The notes beneath the pieces are model-generated. The model searched no databases. It saw nothing but the letters and a program-made list of their open reading frames with translations, and was not told the origin of the DNA. DNA of 63,868 bases, counting the filler, from Perkinsus olseni (Eukaryota), in the NCBI GenBank assembly GCA_013115125.1. It is 6 parts of 6 records of this genome, joined end to end, with 100 filler letters (N's around TTAATTAATTAA, not from the genome) between each part and the next. Parts side by side here need not be neighbours in the genome. Positions count along the whole stretch, not along the records: positions 1 to 11,520 come from JABANN010000828.1; 5 more parts are not named here. One strand, written 5' to 3'. This document shows, piece by piece, positions 1 through 11,620 of this stretch. The translations under genes and the position numbers were made by a program. Within the stretch, counting starts at the first letter, position 1, and each line of letters starts with the position of its first letter.

Positions 1-263
1 AGTAGAATATAAGGGGGCGTAAGGCAGCAAGACGTGAGTCTTGCGTCTTCGAATAATACACATACCCTACAGTGCATATTCTGCACAGTAAGGGTATAGT
101 TGAGGAAATGCAAGTAGCGTAAGTGTTCAAGAATCTTGCCGGCCGCATGCGTGCATATTCGCCGTACTCTGAGGCTTCACAACTGTGGGCAGACCTACAT
201 CGTGCTGGAGCACCCTTAACTCAGTTTACGACAATTATTAGTGCAAATCTGGAGTTCTTGTGA

Positions 264-1664
264 ATGTCGAGTGGCGTCTACGCACGACGTGGAAGCTTCG
301 ATGCCCCAATACCCATGGAACGAGGAGTGTCGCGGCCGACGTCAGCACCTCTGCGAAGAGTCCCTACGATGAGCTTGGCCCCAGCCCTGCCCGTCCTGGC
401 AGATGTATTGCCGAGCAGCAGTACCGTCCAGAGCTCACGGTTCTTGGATGCCGGAGGGGCTGGGATAGAGCCTTGTAGTCAGCAGGAGTCGAGAGACCCA
501 CAACAGGCTGGTGGTGGAGGCGGCGGCGGCGATGCTGAGGCGGCGAATGCACATAGCGTACCGACGCGACACACGATTTTTGTATTGTACGCCCGTAACT
601 TCGCTCCGGATGGTGGATACTGGCCTCAAGAGAGAGTGACTAAGATTCTTATGGATCTGCTCAGCATTGCGCTGTTCTTTCTGTCGGTGCTTAACATTTA
701 CCTGAGCATGGCCTCCTTGGCCTTTTTTAATTTGGATGAGTTCGAGACGTCCACTGTACTGTACTCGATGTGGGGAAGCTCTGCGGGCATGGTCGTGGTT
801 GCTATCTTGGGGTGTCAGGCGATACGTACTGGGCCAAGCCGGAAACACATTATTTGGTACATTGCTCTGCTTATAGTCAGCCTTGGCTTGTACATCGCCT
901 TCACTTTCATCTACCATCACTTCTATGTTGTACTGAAGAGGATTGATAGTCGTGGAGTGGCGGCTTATGACGACACCAACACCGGCGAAGAGTCGGACTT
1001 GCTGGACTCGTTCAGAGGAGAGTACATTGACCAGTGGAAAGTGGGCGCGTGCGGAGGTGGGAATTGCGTCCCGGCAGACTGCAGTGGCAGTTCGCTCCAG
1101 TTCGAGGCCATCAAGTGCAAGGACGAGAGCATTCAACTGTATCTGAGTAATTGGGCTATGGAGTATCGGGGAACTAATGAACAGTTTTTGGAATGCCGCG
1201 AGACGGTCGGAGAGAATCGTGGAGAATTGAGCGGGGGCGAGGTCAACAGCTGGTGTCGTTCGAGAGACCTGTACGTTCACGAGTACGCTCGCCAGGCCAG
1301 ATTCTTGTTCGGCGTGCTGACCGTGCAGTGCCCTATCATGACGGTACAGTTGGTATTGGCCATTACGGTACTCATATATAGGTGGCACGGCAAAGAGCAT
1401 ACTACAGGGTGGCATAGACCAGTCCTTTGTGATGGTGATGTTGAGAAGCCCCACATAAAGTCGCGGTCATCAGCCAGAAAGTTCCGCGAGCTTTTTGGTC
1501 GACTTCCCAGGAAGCTCGCCCGTCGAGTTGGCTCTGATGAGGCGTCTCGAGAATGTCGGGCTGGTTTGACTACACCCCCCAGGAGGCGCGGATCGGGGTT
1601 GGACTCGAGCGACCCATCTGATGGAGGTGCGAGGTATAACGACCTGCGCCACGCCGAGGTTTGA
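264..1664 (+). CDS. Tetraspanin-like four-TM membrane protein (intronless, 466 aa)
   Basis: Three closely spaced hydrophobic helices (LLSIALFFLSVLNIYL; GMVVVAILGC; IIWYIALLIVSLGLYIAF) are followed by a large Cys-rich loop and a fourth helix (FLFGVLTV...AITVLIY). Both tails are long and polar. This is tetraspanin topology, but the canonical CCG is absent. Confidence 0.7.
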   Translation: MSSGVYARRGSFDAPIPMERGVSRPTSAPLRRVPTMSLAPALPVLADVLPSSSTVQSSRFLDAGGAGIEPCSQQESRDPQQAGGGGGGGDAEAANAHSVPTRHTIFVLYARNFAPDGGYWPQERVTKILMDLLSIALFFLSVLNIYLSMASLAFFNLDEFETSTVLYSMWGSSAGMVVVAILGCQAIRTGPSRKHIIWYIALLIVSLGLYIAFTFIYHHFYVVLKRIDSRGVAAYDDTNTGEESDLLDSFRGEYIDQWKVGACGGGNCVPADCSGSSLQFEAIKCKDESIQLYLSNWAMEYRGTNEQFLECRETVGENRGELSGGEVNSWCRSRDLYVHEYARQARFLFGVLTVQCPIMTVQLVLAITVLIYRWHGKEHTTGWHRPVLCDGDVEKPHIKSRSSARKFRELFGRLPRKLARRVGSDEASRECRAGLTTPPRRRGSGLDSSDPSDGGARYNDLRHAEV

Positions 1665-2068
1665 GCATCGGGTCAGGTAGTCTATGTAAAATTCCGTGTC
1701 AACATTTTTACTTACGAACTTTTTTGAACTCCATTCTTTGCTACTTGATTCACTGCTATGATGATGTAATATTAATCTCTTATGATTGTGAAGCACATCA
1801 GCATCAGCGAGCGTGGCTCGTCGGAGCCGCCTAGCAGCAGACTTGCACTCGCCCCAGCGGTGGAAGTTGATTTTCGAAAACCGCTCATTTCGTGGATTCT
1901 TTTACACTTAACGAGTCGCCAAGGGGAATCTAAGCAGTTTCACTATCCTCACCCGAAGCGTTCGAGTTCATTGGTGAATTCGTTACACTACGAGCCTTCC
2001 AGTGTGGGTCACAGATCCTGGTAGTGGAGACAGGGGGAGTTTCAGTAGCTTTTTCTAGGCCAACCTCC

Positions 2069-5000
2069 ATGGCCGAGAAGGGGTCCGTCGACCCTTCCAG
2101 TCGAGTAGTTAAGGCGGTCTCGGTGCCCCGTCTCCATCTTCATCATCATCTGCATGATCACAAGCAATGCTCACTAGTTGGTGGGCACCCGATGGGGGCT
2201 CGAACTCGCCACTATGTCATGGACCGAAGCACTGTAATCGCGGATACTCAGCAGAAGTTGGTAGTAGACAGTCGGGTGGAATGCGGGGTCTCGTGATCAG
2301 CCCTCTCTCTCTGGTATCTCGCGCGGGCTTCATGTACATTCATGCTGAATTAGGTAGCTGAGCTGTCTTCAGGATGAAGGCGCTGAGGAGACCTCGTTGT
2401 CTCCGCATCAGTTATACTCAGCTACTATTGATGGCAGCGGCAGTGTCTCGACCAGAAGGTAAGAGCCTCTCACTAGCTTGCTTCGGCCTTGAGTGAACAA
2501 CGTGTCGAACACGTCTCGTTCTCTTAGAGTCCGCTATGAGAGCGAGAGCAATGTGCCCTCATACAACTGGACGCTGCCTTGGGTACCGCCACTCCCCATC
2601 ATGGTACAGAAGAGTATAGAAGAGAGGATAGAAACTGAACGGAAGAAAAAAGCTGGATGCAGAAGTACGTTCCGTGCCTCTACCGTTAGTTCTCCTTTTG
2701 ATTGCGACCTTTCTCATTCTCCTATGAGGGCTCCCTGTATCTTGATCGCGTCACAAGGTTTTATGCTCCCTTGGCTTGCGTTTGATGGCAGGCTCGTGAG
2801 TCACTGTAGCTCTCCCGGTGTCCTGTCAGGTGCATCGGGTACAGCTGGAGTTCGTCGGGATCTGGCTGACAAGCGGGCTTCAACAGTGGATTCGCCCCTC
2901 GACCGGAGGTAGCCTGACAGAGAGTCGTCTCACTACTTTGAACGTTCGCTACCCGTAGCTAGCGTTCCTGATCGCTCAGCGGAACCTTCCTTTCGTTTTT
3001 GCCTCATCCTGGCTTTGCAGGTCTGCTAGCAAGTCGAGGAATCGTGTTGCTTCGTCCGCCGGTCCGCACTCGGCCAGAGCGACAGCTGCTTCTAGGAGGA
3101 ATACCCAGCAGAAGAAGGTAGTGAGCCCTGTCCGTCCGCGGCTTCGTGCTTGTATACAACATTTCTTTTTGATAGTATTGCTGTGTGTGTCGTACGACAC
3201 GCTTCCCACATCATGTCAGGCCCGGAAGACTCTCCCAGTAGCGGATCTCAGAGAGCTCGGGCCAGTGAAGGCCCTGCGAGAGGCACTCATATTACGATCA
3301 GGCAGCCTTAGGGATGCGTAAGAGTGGGTGAAGCTTACTTTATTTCTACCGTATCGGTCTCTCCTCGCCGTTTCCGCTGCCGTCGGGGTCGCGTCGGGAG
3401 ATGCTCGAGTCCCAGTCATTTGACGTCTCGTGGTGAGCGACGAGGGTTGCAGAGTTCCGACCTCCTCTGTCATCGGGGTTCCTTCGCTGCTCGAGACTGT
3501 GGCTCTCCTTCCATGCTTGAATTATAGGTTGCTAGTTGAGCGCATCACAGGAGTCTTTCCTATTAGGGAAACCCCTACAACACTTCACATTTATTGCTTA
3601 TATTTCTCCCAGTACAACTTCGCTGTATTAGGTTCCGAGCCCTGGATGGTAATGGCAACGGTGAAGTGGGGTTCTCTGAGTTCGAGACCGGCCTGAGGTC
3701 TCTCCGGATCGACACCCAGCGGATAGCAAGTACTACTGGTCTCGATCGTCCTTTCAGCAGCGCTCGGTCCGGCCACTCTGTCTTCCTTGGTCGGGAGGCC
3801 TGCCGACGATTTTCTCGGCCCAGGTATAGACGTGCGTAGCCTTTTCAAGCTACTGGATGTGAATAGGAGCGGCCTGTTGAGCTTGGAGGAGGTACTTGTC
3901 TACGGGTCATGCTTCTCGCATTCGAGGTCGCAGCGTTATTCTGACTTAATCTTCGCGTGGTATAGTGGCCGCGCTTTTTCGCATTGAGGACCGCTCGTTC
4001 GTGGGGTTGGGGGACTTTATCCCCGCTCTGCTTGCCAGATCTTCGGTGATCCTACGGTAGAAGATGACGATGAGGAGCCTTGGCCGCAGCAGGTCACGGA
4101 GGAGAATCTTGATCGATTATGGATGCGCTACCTGAAGGACACAAGAGAGATGTCTAAGAACTCAAGCAGGTGATAGATGGGACCGTGGTTGGGAGATATG
4201 ACGGATGGGTTGTGCCGCGGTGGAAGCGACGAGGATGGTCTGCTCAGGGTGCCGAGGTGGGAGGCCTGCCCTTCGAGAGGCCGGGAAGTTCAGCTGGCGC
4301 AAAGGCGATATCGCAAGTGGGAGGTCCGGAAAGAAGAGCTGTAGGGCTGCTCCGTATCACGTACTCATCAAGCGGTCACCATTTCAGGCGTAGACAGTTA
4401 CGCGAGAATGATGAATTCTCTAAGCAGCGTAAGGGAATATGCATGTCACTAGCGAGGCTGTCGGATAAGCAGCACATGGGTCTTCAGAAGCTTATAGACA
4501 GCAGCGGAGCTACGAATAGGAGAAGCGGGTGCGAGGGTTTGCCGTCGCCTATCAACAACCCGTTTCACTCGTCGTTTTGCGGGAGCGTGTTCCGCAAACT
4601 CTTGGCTCTGCTTTGTGGTCGATTTGAGCAGCTAGATGCCTTTCAGGTTCACGACTCGCAGCGCGGGAATAGACAGCACAGCTTCCTCAAGGGTCGGTTT
4701 GCATTTGTGACGACCTGAAAGAACCTCTACCATTTTCAGCTTCGGAGAAGAGCGACAGAGCTTCGTTTGAAGCATAGGGGCGATGGGCGGAAAGGCTCGG
4801 ACACTGCTGGGAACCAAGAGGGTATTATCGTCGGATTGGACTGGTCTTTTCCGAGAACTCCGCCTTACTAGCGACGGCCGTATTCCGCGCGTACTGTATT
4901 GCGCCCCTACGCGTAGCCAGTATCTTATATGAGGCTTGAACAAGAGTGTTAGTAGTGATAGTCTGTCCTCGATCATGTCTCATCCAGGCCCTCCTGTACC

Positions 5001-5964
5001 GGCTAAGCGTCGCGGTGGTACCGCTCGAACGCTTCCTGGGATGGCGCATGGACGGCATGCCGTTGACCGCGGTATCGCCCTGAGGGTTTTGTACGATTTC
5101 TCCAACCTTAATAGAGATGTAGCAGCACGGGCCGTTATGGAGGTGAGCCTCATTGTAAAGCCATGCTGCCTGCGGAGGCCCTTGGTCAGGCGGAGAAGCG
5201 CGAATTGGAGCGGATGAGGGAACGCCATCGGCACATGGAGGGGATGGTGAAAGAGCTAACTGCCCTCCGACGAGAGGTCGGTCGGCATGTTCTCAGCGTG
5301 GGATTACCCGGGCCGGTGTCAGTTATGCGCGTCTACTAACGTCTTGGCCAAGGTGGTTGGTAAAAAGAAAACTGTCAAGGAGGATCATAGGAGGTCAATA
5401 GGCGCGCAGGTGAGAAGCTCCTCAAGGATTGGTTACTGACCCTTCCTCAGATTGTCTCGTCCCTTGGTGGGCTGCGAGAAGTCAAAGCGGAGCCATCCGA
5501 TAAAGTTGGCTTCTTTGCGGTGGACCTTAGCGAAGCGGAGCAAGAGGTATTTCGAAGTCTCTACCGCGTCCTTCCAGCGAGGGTCCAGTCGTTCTCACGC
5601 AGATTCGAACTCTGGCCAAGAAACACGGCATTCCGATACCGGATGCCGAAGTGGTCTACAAGAGCTTCAGGGAAGTTGATAGGGACAATAGTGGCGCGAT
5701 AGAGAGAGGGGAATTCGATACGCTCATGAGATCGTAATTCCTGGGTGCCGGGTTCGAACTGGGCGGACTGCTCCCCGCAAGCAGGTTCAATCCCGAAGTA
5801 GAGCTGAGGAGCGGGCAGCTAGATAACTGGTGGCAGGCTATAGACTCTGACCGTACTGGAGAAGTTAAGTTCGAAGAGTTCTTGCTCTGGTGATTTCAGA
5901 GAATTTCGTGGGCGCGCGACGTATCTCTCCTCTTACGTGTAGGTACGTCAACGACCTGTTGTGA
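2069..5964 (+). CDS. Multi-exon EF-hand calcium-binding protein (may be two adjacent genes)
   Basis: EF-hand loops occur in short exons: FRALDGNGNGEVGFSEF (~3632-3683), FKLLDVNRSGLLSLEE (~3844-3891) and WWQAIDSDRTGEVKFEEF (~5828-5881). Introns are GT-AG and about 50 nt. The last exon YVNDLL* ends at 5964. The exon chain is not fully resolved. Confidence 0.55.
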
Positions 5965-6229
5965 TTCGTTAAATAGCCAGCGACTTATACGCTTGTATTT
6001 CGTCAACAACCATTCAGTCCCCACCGTCATGCTTTTTACTCATGTCTTGCGACCCTGTAGTCCCACGCTTATGCGAGTGGTGTTGTAGTGGTGCGCTTTA
6101 CCGAAGTCTCGATCTAGGTCCGCTGTGAATGGCTGCTTGGCTTGTATTCTCGGGATCTGAACTAAATCGTGTTTTGAGACCTAGTGGTGTCAGTATATTA
6201 TCACCTCCTGTTTTCCTTGCACCTTCTCG

Positions 6230-7383
6230 ATGCCAAGTCGACTAGTTTCTACTCACACCGTTCTCAAGCCAGTTGTCCAGCTATCGTACAGACTTCTCCA
6301 GTACTTCCCACGGCTGCGGGACTTCCTAGCGTACCTTGCTCGCTTGGTGCTGCTCGTCTGCGGGGAAGGAGCGACGAAGCCCGAGATGGAAGCGGACATT
6401 CAGCCACAACAACAGGCTAGCTTGCGACATATTGACGAGTTCGTTGGCGGCCTGCAGTGTGCTGGTAGGACCATCAACCCCTCATCTCATGCACTTCTCG
6501 GTCGAGTTAGGCGAGCTTATTGACCTCGAGCTTTATCCCGACGTCAAGGAGGTCTCCGAGTCGATGGCCGCGTTTCATGCTGTTAGACGCCACATGTCCT
6601 CTCTGAGCATCAAGATGAACCAGAAGGATGTTGGCTGCATCGTGGTAGGCAAGTGGGTAGGGTACTCTTCGCAGTTGATCAGGATTCTTGCAGGTTGGTG
6701 ATGGAAGCACTCCGAGAACCGCAGCTCTCTTTGCGTATCGAACCAGCTGGAAGATCTGGTCGATTGACCCACAGTTGAACGCCCATAAGTAAGCGTAACG
6801 CTCAATGCTCGCCTTCTTGACGGACTGGGTACTGTCCGGCTTCGCCTCGGAAATTTATTGTCCCAGATACGAGGGCAAGATCAACCATTTGAATTTACTG
6901 GACAGGAAGATCGAGGATTGCCACCTGTCCAATGAAGGTGTTAAAGCCTGGGTGATAGTGTGCGTCCATGCGCACTTGCGCAGCCTGCAAGACGCAGTAG
7001 ATTGCTGCATCGCTCCCGGGAAGCCTGGCAAGTGAGAGATACCGCTATTCTGCTATCGAACTCGGTGGTCATTCCTGCCTGCCAGGCTTGCCCTAGTCGT
7101 CGCTATGCCTTGCTGTAACAACTACTCCGCGATGCTTTTGGACTCGGAAAAGAACGACCTCGGTCCGATGGAGGAGTACAAGGATTGGGGCGTGCTGTCG
7201 CCTCACCGAGTCGTTCGGGTTTGGATGGCCGCTGATGGTGTGCAGAACGTCAACAGTGTGCAAGATGAAAGTGTGAAGAGCACTGGCGCGAGGAGCAAAG
7301 GTGGCTCGGTTAGGGCGCAGAGGAGCAGGAAGCGTCGAGAACAGCAACAGCAGCAACTCTTGGAGGCTGATCACTCGACGTGA
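6230..7383 (+). CDS. Multi-exon uncharacterised protein, possibly methyltransferase-like
   Basis: Exons splice into LYPDVKEVSESMAAFHAV...GCIVVG|DGSTPRTAALFAYRTSWKIWSIDPQL...VIVCVHAH...VVAMPCCN...YKDWGVLSPHRVVRVW, with a stop at 7381-7383. Confidence 0.6.
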
Positions 7384-7784
7384 TCGACGTTGAAGTAACA
7401 TATGCAGTTCTTTTGTTGTTAATTCCGGGCTCTAATCTGTGTGATTTTGTATCTCTCGAGTGGAGAGTCTCGAGTCCATGACATACCCCCTCTCGACTTA
7501 AAGGCGCATGGGCGAGTCACTGTAGGCGGTGTTCTCTCGGCGCGTACATGTCAGTCGTCCCAGCGAGTGCCGATTCTCCATTCGGCCAGTGCACGGAATC
7601 CTGCATCGCACATCTAATGAAGCTAGGGGAGTCTCGCCTTCATGAGGAAGGGCAATCTGTGACACCTGAGATTGTCCACCTGAAGGTGATCTCGGCCCCT
7701 CGCATGTAGAATGTCACCGAATTTCGTTGGAGAGTCCGGCGAGCTTGGAGGCTTCCCCTCAATTTCTGTCGATCTGATCGACTG

Positions 7785-10149
7785 ATGGGGATCAAACGGG
7801 ACGACCCAGCATGGAGAAAATCGTCCCATGGGAAAATGCTGAAGCTCTTCTTTCAGGCCGCCCCGGACGGCACGGTGCGAGCCATCGTTGGACGCAGCGC
7901 GGGACTGTGTGACATCTCGCTGGATTCAGCTCGTTATCGGGGAATGCTTTCTAGGCGGCACGCTTTTATGGAAATGACCGGTGAGCCATTCTACCACCCC
8001 CTCTCCACAGGACAAGAGTTTCCAATCGGTCATTAGATTGGCCCATCTGATCTCACTATTGCAGATGACGGCCAGTGGTTTATTACTGATTTAAAGGGCC
8101 AAAACGGCACTATTATCAACGGCCTAATCATGGAGCCAGAAAGACGACACACTCTGAGGGACGGCGATGTAAAGGGTGACCAGTCTGGTTCTCCAGCAAT
8201 GCCGTCACTGCGACCATTCGGCACCGTCAGACCGCCATACCAACAATTAGCTCCGAGCAATAGCTGACTATTTGACGTACTGCGCTGATCTCACGTGTAT
8301 CGCCCTGCCTTTCTAATAGCGAACTCCGCCGCAGCGTCGCACTTCTGGTTCGTATAAGCCGCACTAGTCGTTCTTTCAGGTCATCACTTTCGGCAGGAAA
8401 ATTTGTTCCAAAGAATTTGAGTACAAATTCCGTGTCGGCCCATTGGTGTTGCGGAGAGTGGAGCCTCTCCGCGTTCGACGCAGCCAAGGCCCCTTAGCTG
8501 AGTCTCCGGAGCGAGAACGCCCTTCGACCGCAGGGTCCAGCCGTGAGCGTCAAGCCGCATCTCTCCATGCAGGAAGAAGTGTTTGTCAGAAGCAACGAGC
8601 CGCAAGCGCACTCGATCCCCGCGAAGTCGGAGCATCAAAGCCAAGAAACCAAAAAGGACAGTGATTACTCTCGACTCGGACACTGAGGATGAGGCACACA
8701 GTGTGAGCTTCTCAGATCCGTACGCTGCGCTCTCCGCCGATATGGTTCTCCATCGCTTGTTGATAAGATTTTTTTCACTGACACTGGTGTGATCAGAGTG
8801 AGCTTGAACGGCAGCTCGATGCTATGAGGCAAGAGAACGAGCGCCTGAAGGAGCGGCTAAAGTCCGTCTCTGCCAACCCGATCACCCCTGGTACTTGATA
8901 AAACGGAACCGAGAGCGTTGCACTCATTGATGAATTTGCCAGGCAAGGAAAGAGTCGATGAATCTTGCAAAGCTCAGCCAACGCCAGTCGAGAAGGCCAA
9001 GGGAAGGCTGTAGGGCTTTGCTTGGCACCGAGGCCTCTCAACTCGCTTCTTCAACCATCACAGGTTTGCCGACCTAGAGTGTATCATCTGTCGGGACCTG
9101 ATGGTGTCGCCGGCCACACTCGAGTGTTCGCATTCCTTCTGCTTCAAATGGTAAGGGCAGAGCGAACCCTTGTCGGCCCTCGTAGACTGGTTCTTTTTAG
9201 TATCGAGGAGTGGCTAACGGCTGGAAATTTCCGCTGCCCTATTTGCCGAGTTGACATCACAAGGTCGCCGACGAAGACGTTACAGCTGCAGCAGGTGAAG
9301 ATGGTCGGGCTCTTTTCGGCGCGATAGTATCCTTCCAGGTTCTTTCGACGGCTATCGAGACTCACGGAGATGAATCGGAGCAGGTGGGAGGGGATGGAAG
9401 CCTTGGTATCGCGTATGAGCCTTTCAGATCGACTACGCTGCACGGACGAAGGAACATAAAGTATGGGAACAGAGACGGCAGCTCGATCGTACCAAACTGG
9501 AGGACTCGATCGGCTCTGCCTGTCAACAAGGGCAGCAGTTCCTTGACATCGCATCGCGGTGGAGCACAGACGACAGGGACAGGTTCCAGACTGGTGAGCT
9601 GCAGCGTCGCTGGGTATTGCATCGTGGCTTATAAGATTGATTGATTGTCTTGCAGGTGTGAGTCGCCATCTTAGTGATGCCCGGGAGGTATACTGCGAAA
9701 CCACTGGACTTACGAAAGCATGGGTGGGTTCGCAATCAAATTCGACAATCAAGCGCGCTCGTTCTTGTATAATACCTTTTCTCTGCCGTGTTCTGCGCAG
9801 ATTCAACAAGCCCATAGAGACCAACTGGATATCGCGATGAGGAATTTGAAGATCGACTTGGGCGGGGAAGCAGAGGATCTGCCTAAGCCGGCTGATCTGA
9901 TAAGACGGCGTCTTCTGATGTTTATACGCTACTGTTAGTGACGTGATAGGTTCATTGTACCATCGTCTAACAACATGTCCCGAACTGAAGCTTTCTATGC
10001 CTGAACAGAAGGTCTGCGTTTGTTTCCCTATGTCGGGAGGTCCCTGGTTCAGGCTAAACCGCTCAGCAGGATGTGGCATTTTCCTCGAACCGCGGGGTAT
10101 GCATATGCATGCGAAGCAGACGAAAAGTGGTATACAGGGCAAGATGTAG
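7785..10149 (+). CDS. FHA-RING E3 ubiquitin ligase (RNF8/CHFR-like), multi-exon; ends approximate
   Basis: The FHA motifs are IVGRS...LSRRHA...FITDLKGQNGTIING. A coiled coil follows (ELERQLDAMRQENERLKERL), then a C3HC4 RING: CIICRDLMVSPATLECSHSFCFK|..EEWLTAGNFRCPICR (~9075-9250). Confidence 0.8.
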
Positions 10150-11520
10150 ATACCGGTACCACGAATAACCTCAAGTGTTGATTTCCATTGTGGAGAATCA
10201 ACACAACCACTATGCACTTGAGAACGCAATGCGATCCGTATTAAGAGACGGCTGATCATCAACAATGCGCAATAGGACATAGTGTATACCCGTATGGAGG
10301 CATCCAACGGCTGATATTCAATGAAATGAAACGACTTCATGCAAGCCAAGATTGTTATCAAAATTTTAAAAACTGTTACCAACTGGAATGCCTCTGACGC
10401 GGGGCAAGTGCACATCATCAGGACTCCTAGGAGGAGGCCACCGTCTAATGGTGACCATCAGCCTTACATATCAAGAATTGCGATGCTAAGGATGTCGCGG
10501 GAACTTGTAGAAGCGACGTCTTTCCTCGATCGAGATGAAGACTTGCTGCCAAGTGAGGACAACGACCGTCTAGAGGAAAGGGGAGAGGCCGCGAAGTCCC
10601 TCGGACTTCGTACAGGAGTAACTACCGATGATTTGTAGCTTTTCAGAGGCGAGGACGGTGGTAATGGGATCTCAGACAGGACCATACAAAGGCCATGCAT
10701 ATATGGCAAGACGAACTCGGAGGGTAGAGCGAGCTCAGCACAAGCCTCGAACTGCAAGTAAATCCAGCGGTTCCGATGCCTCTGCGTCGGGAGAGCATCG
10801 ATGCCCAATCGCGCAGTTTTCCCCAGCGTGGACCCGACGCGAACAGTGGCTAATAGCCAATCAACAAAACTATCTGCTTGAGAGTCAGGTGGGACGGGCA
10901 TACACGGGTCTGCTCGGAGTTTGCGGTGAAAAGCTCGTGAAAGCTCACGTAGTCGGTGCCGACCACCACATTTGTCGACCAGATCGCTGGGGAAAAGAGC
11001 CATTATGTAAAGATAGAACCACCAACAAGCCTGCGAGCTAGGCACTTATACGACAGAATGTTCACGATCGACTAATGATGAGAAAACTCTGTAGAACCAC
11101 GAAGGATTCACGTCCACCCAGCCTGACCAAAGGACTGACAGGCTTAAACTCCCAGCCGATCCACCCAACAGCGATTAACTGCTTCCGACTCCTGAATCGC
11201 CTTGTTCGCCCTTTGCACTAGCCGGTACAGACGACTTTCAACGTACACTCGCGTCGAACTTCGAAGCTGCAAGGCATCCTTCGAGCAGGACTATCTCCCC
11301 ACAATTGGCTCCTGCCTAACCACAGGCTAGGTCGCCTAAACGGTAGCAGAAATACTGCGAGGTTAATCAAGCAAGTCCGGATCGAACAGATCTGGGCGCA
11401 GCGACGATTGACCGGTCAAAATCCGCACCGCTCCGCCCTTAAAGCATGTGTGAGGAATCAGCGAAGCGCTCAATACCTCGACCTACGCAAGATCGCTGAG
11501 GGCGCTGTCTTCCCAATTCC

Positions 11521-11620
11521 NNNNNNNNNNNNNNNNNNNNNNNNNNNNNNNNNNNNNNNNNNNNTTAATTAATTAANNNNNNNNNNNNNNNNNNNNNNNN
11601 NNNNNNNNNNNNNNNNNNNN
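11521..11620. other. Artificial contig linker N44-TTAATTAATTAA-N44
   Basis: Identical 100-bp spacer with stops in all six frames, seen five times in the window. Confidence 0.98.

Noticed and set aside
435-1454. 339-aa minus-strand ORF
   Set aside because: Antisense shadow of the tetraspanin-like gene with no recognisable motifs.
9144-10418. 424-aa minus-strand ORF
   Set aside because: Overlaps FHA-RING exons in antisense, starts at a non-ATG codon and has no domain. Probably chance, though stranded RNA-seq would settle it.
10340-11520. ORF 10464-11045 and neighbouring sequence as a transposon gene
   Set aside because: No gag, RT, integrase or transposase motif was recognised.
11565-11576. 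TTAATTAATTAA inside each N run
   Set aside because: Assembly linker with six-frame stops. It also supplies false stop codons to the ORFs listed as ending at 11569 and 46185.
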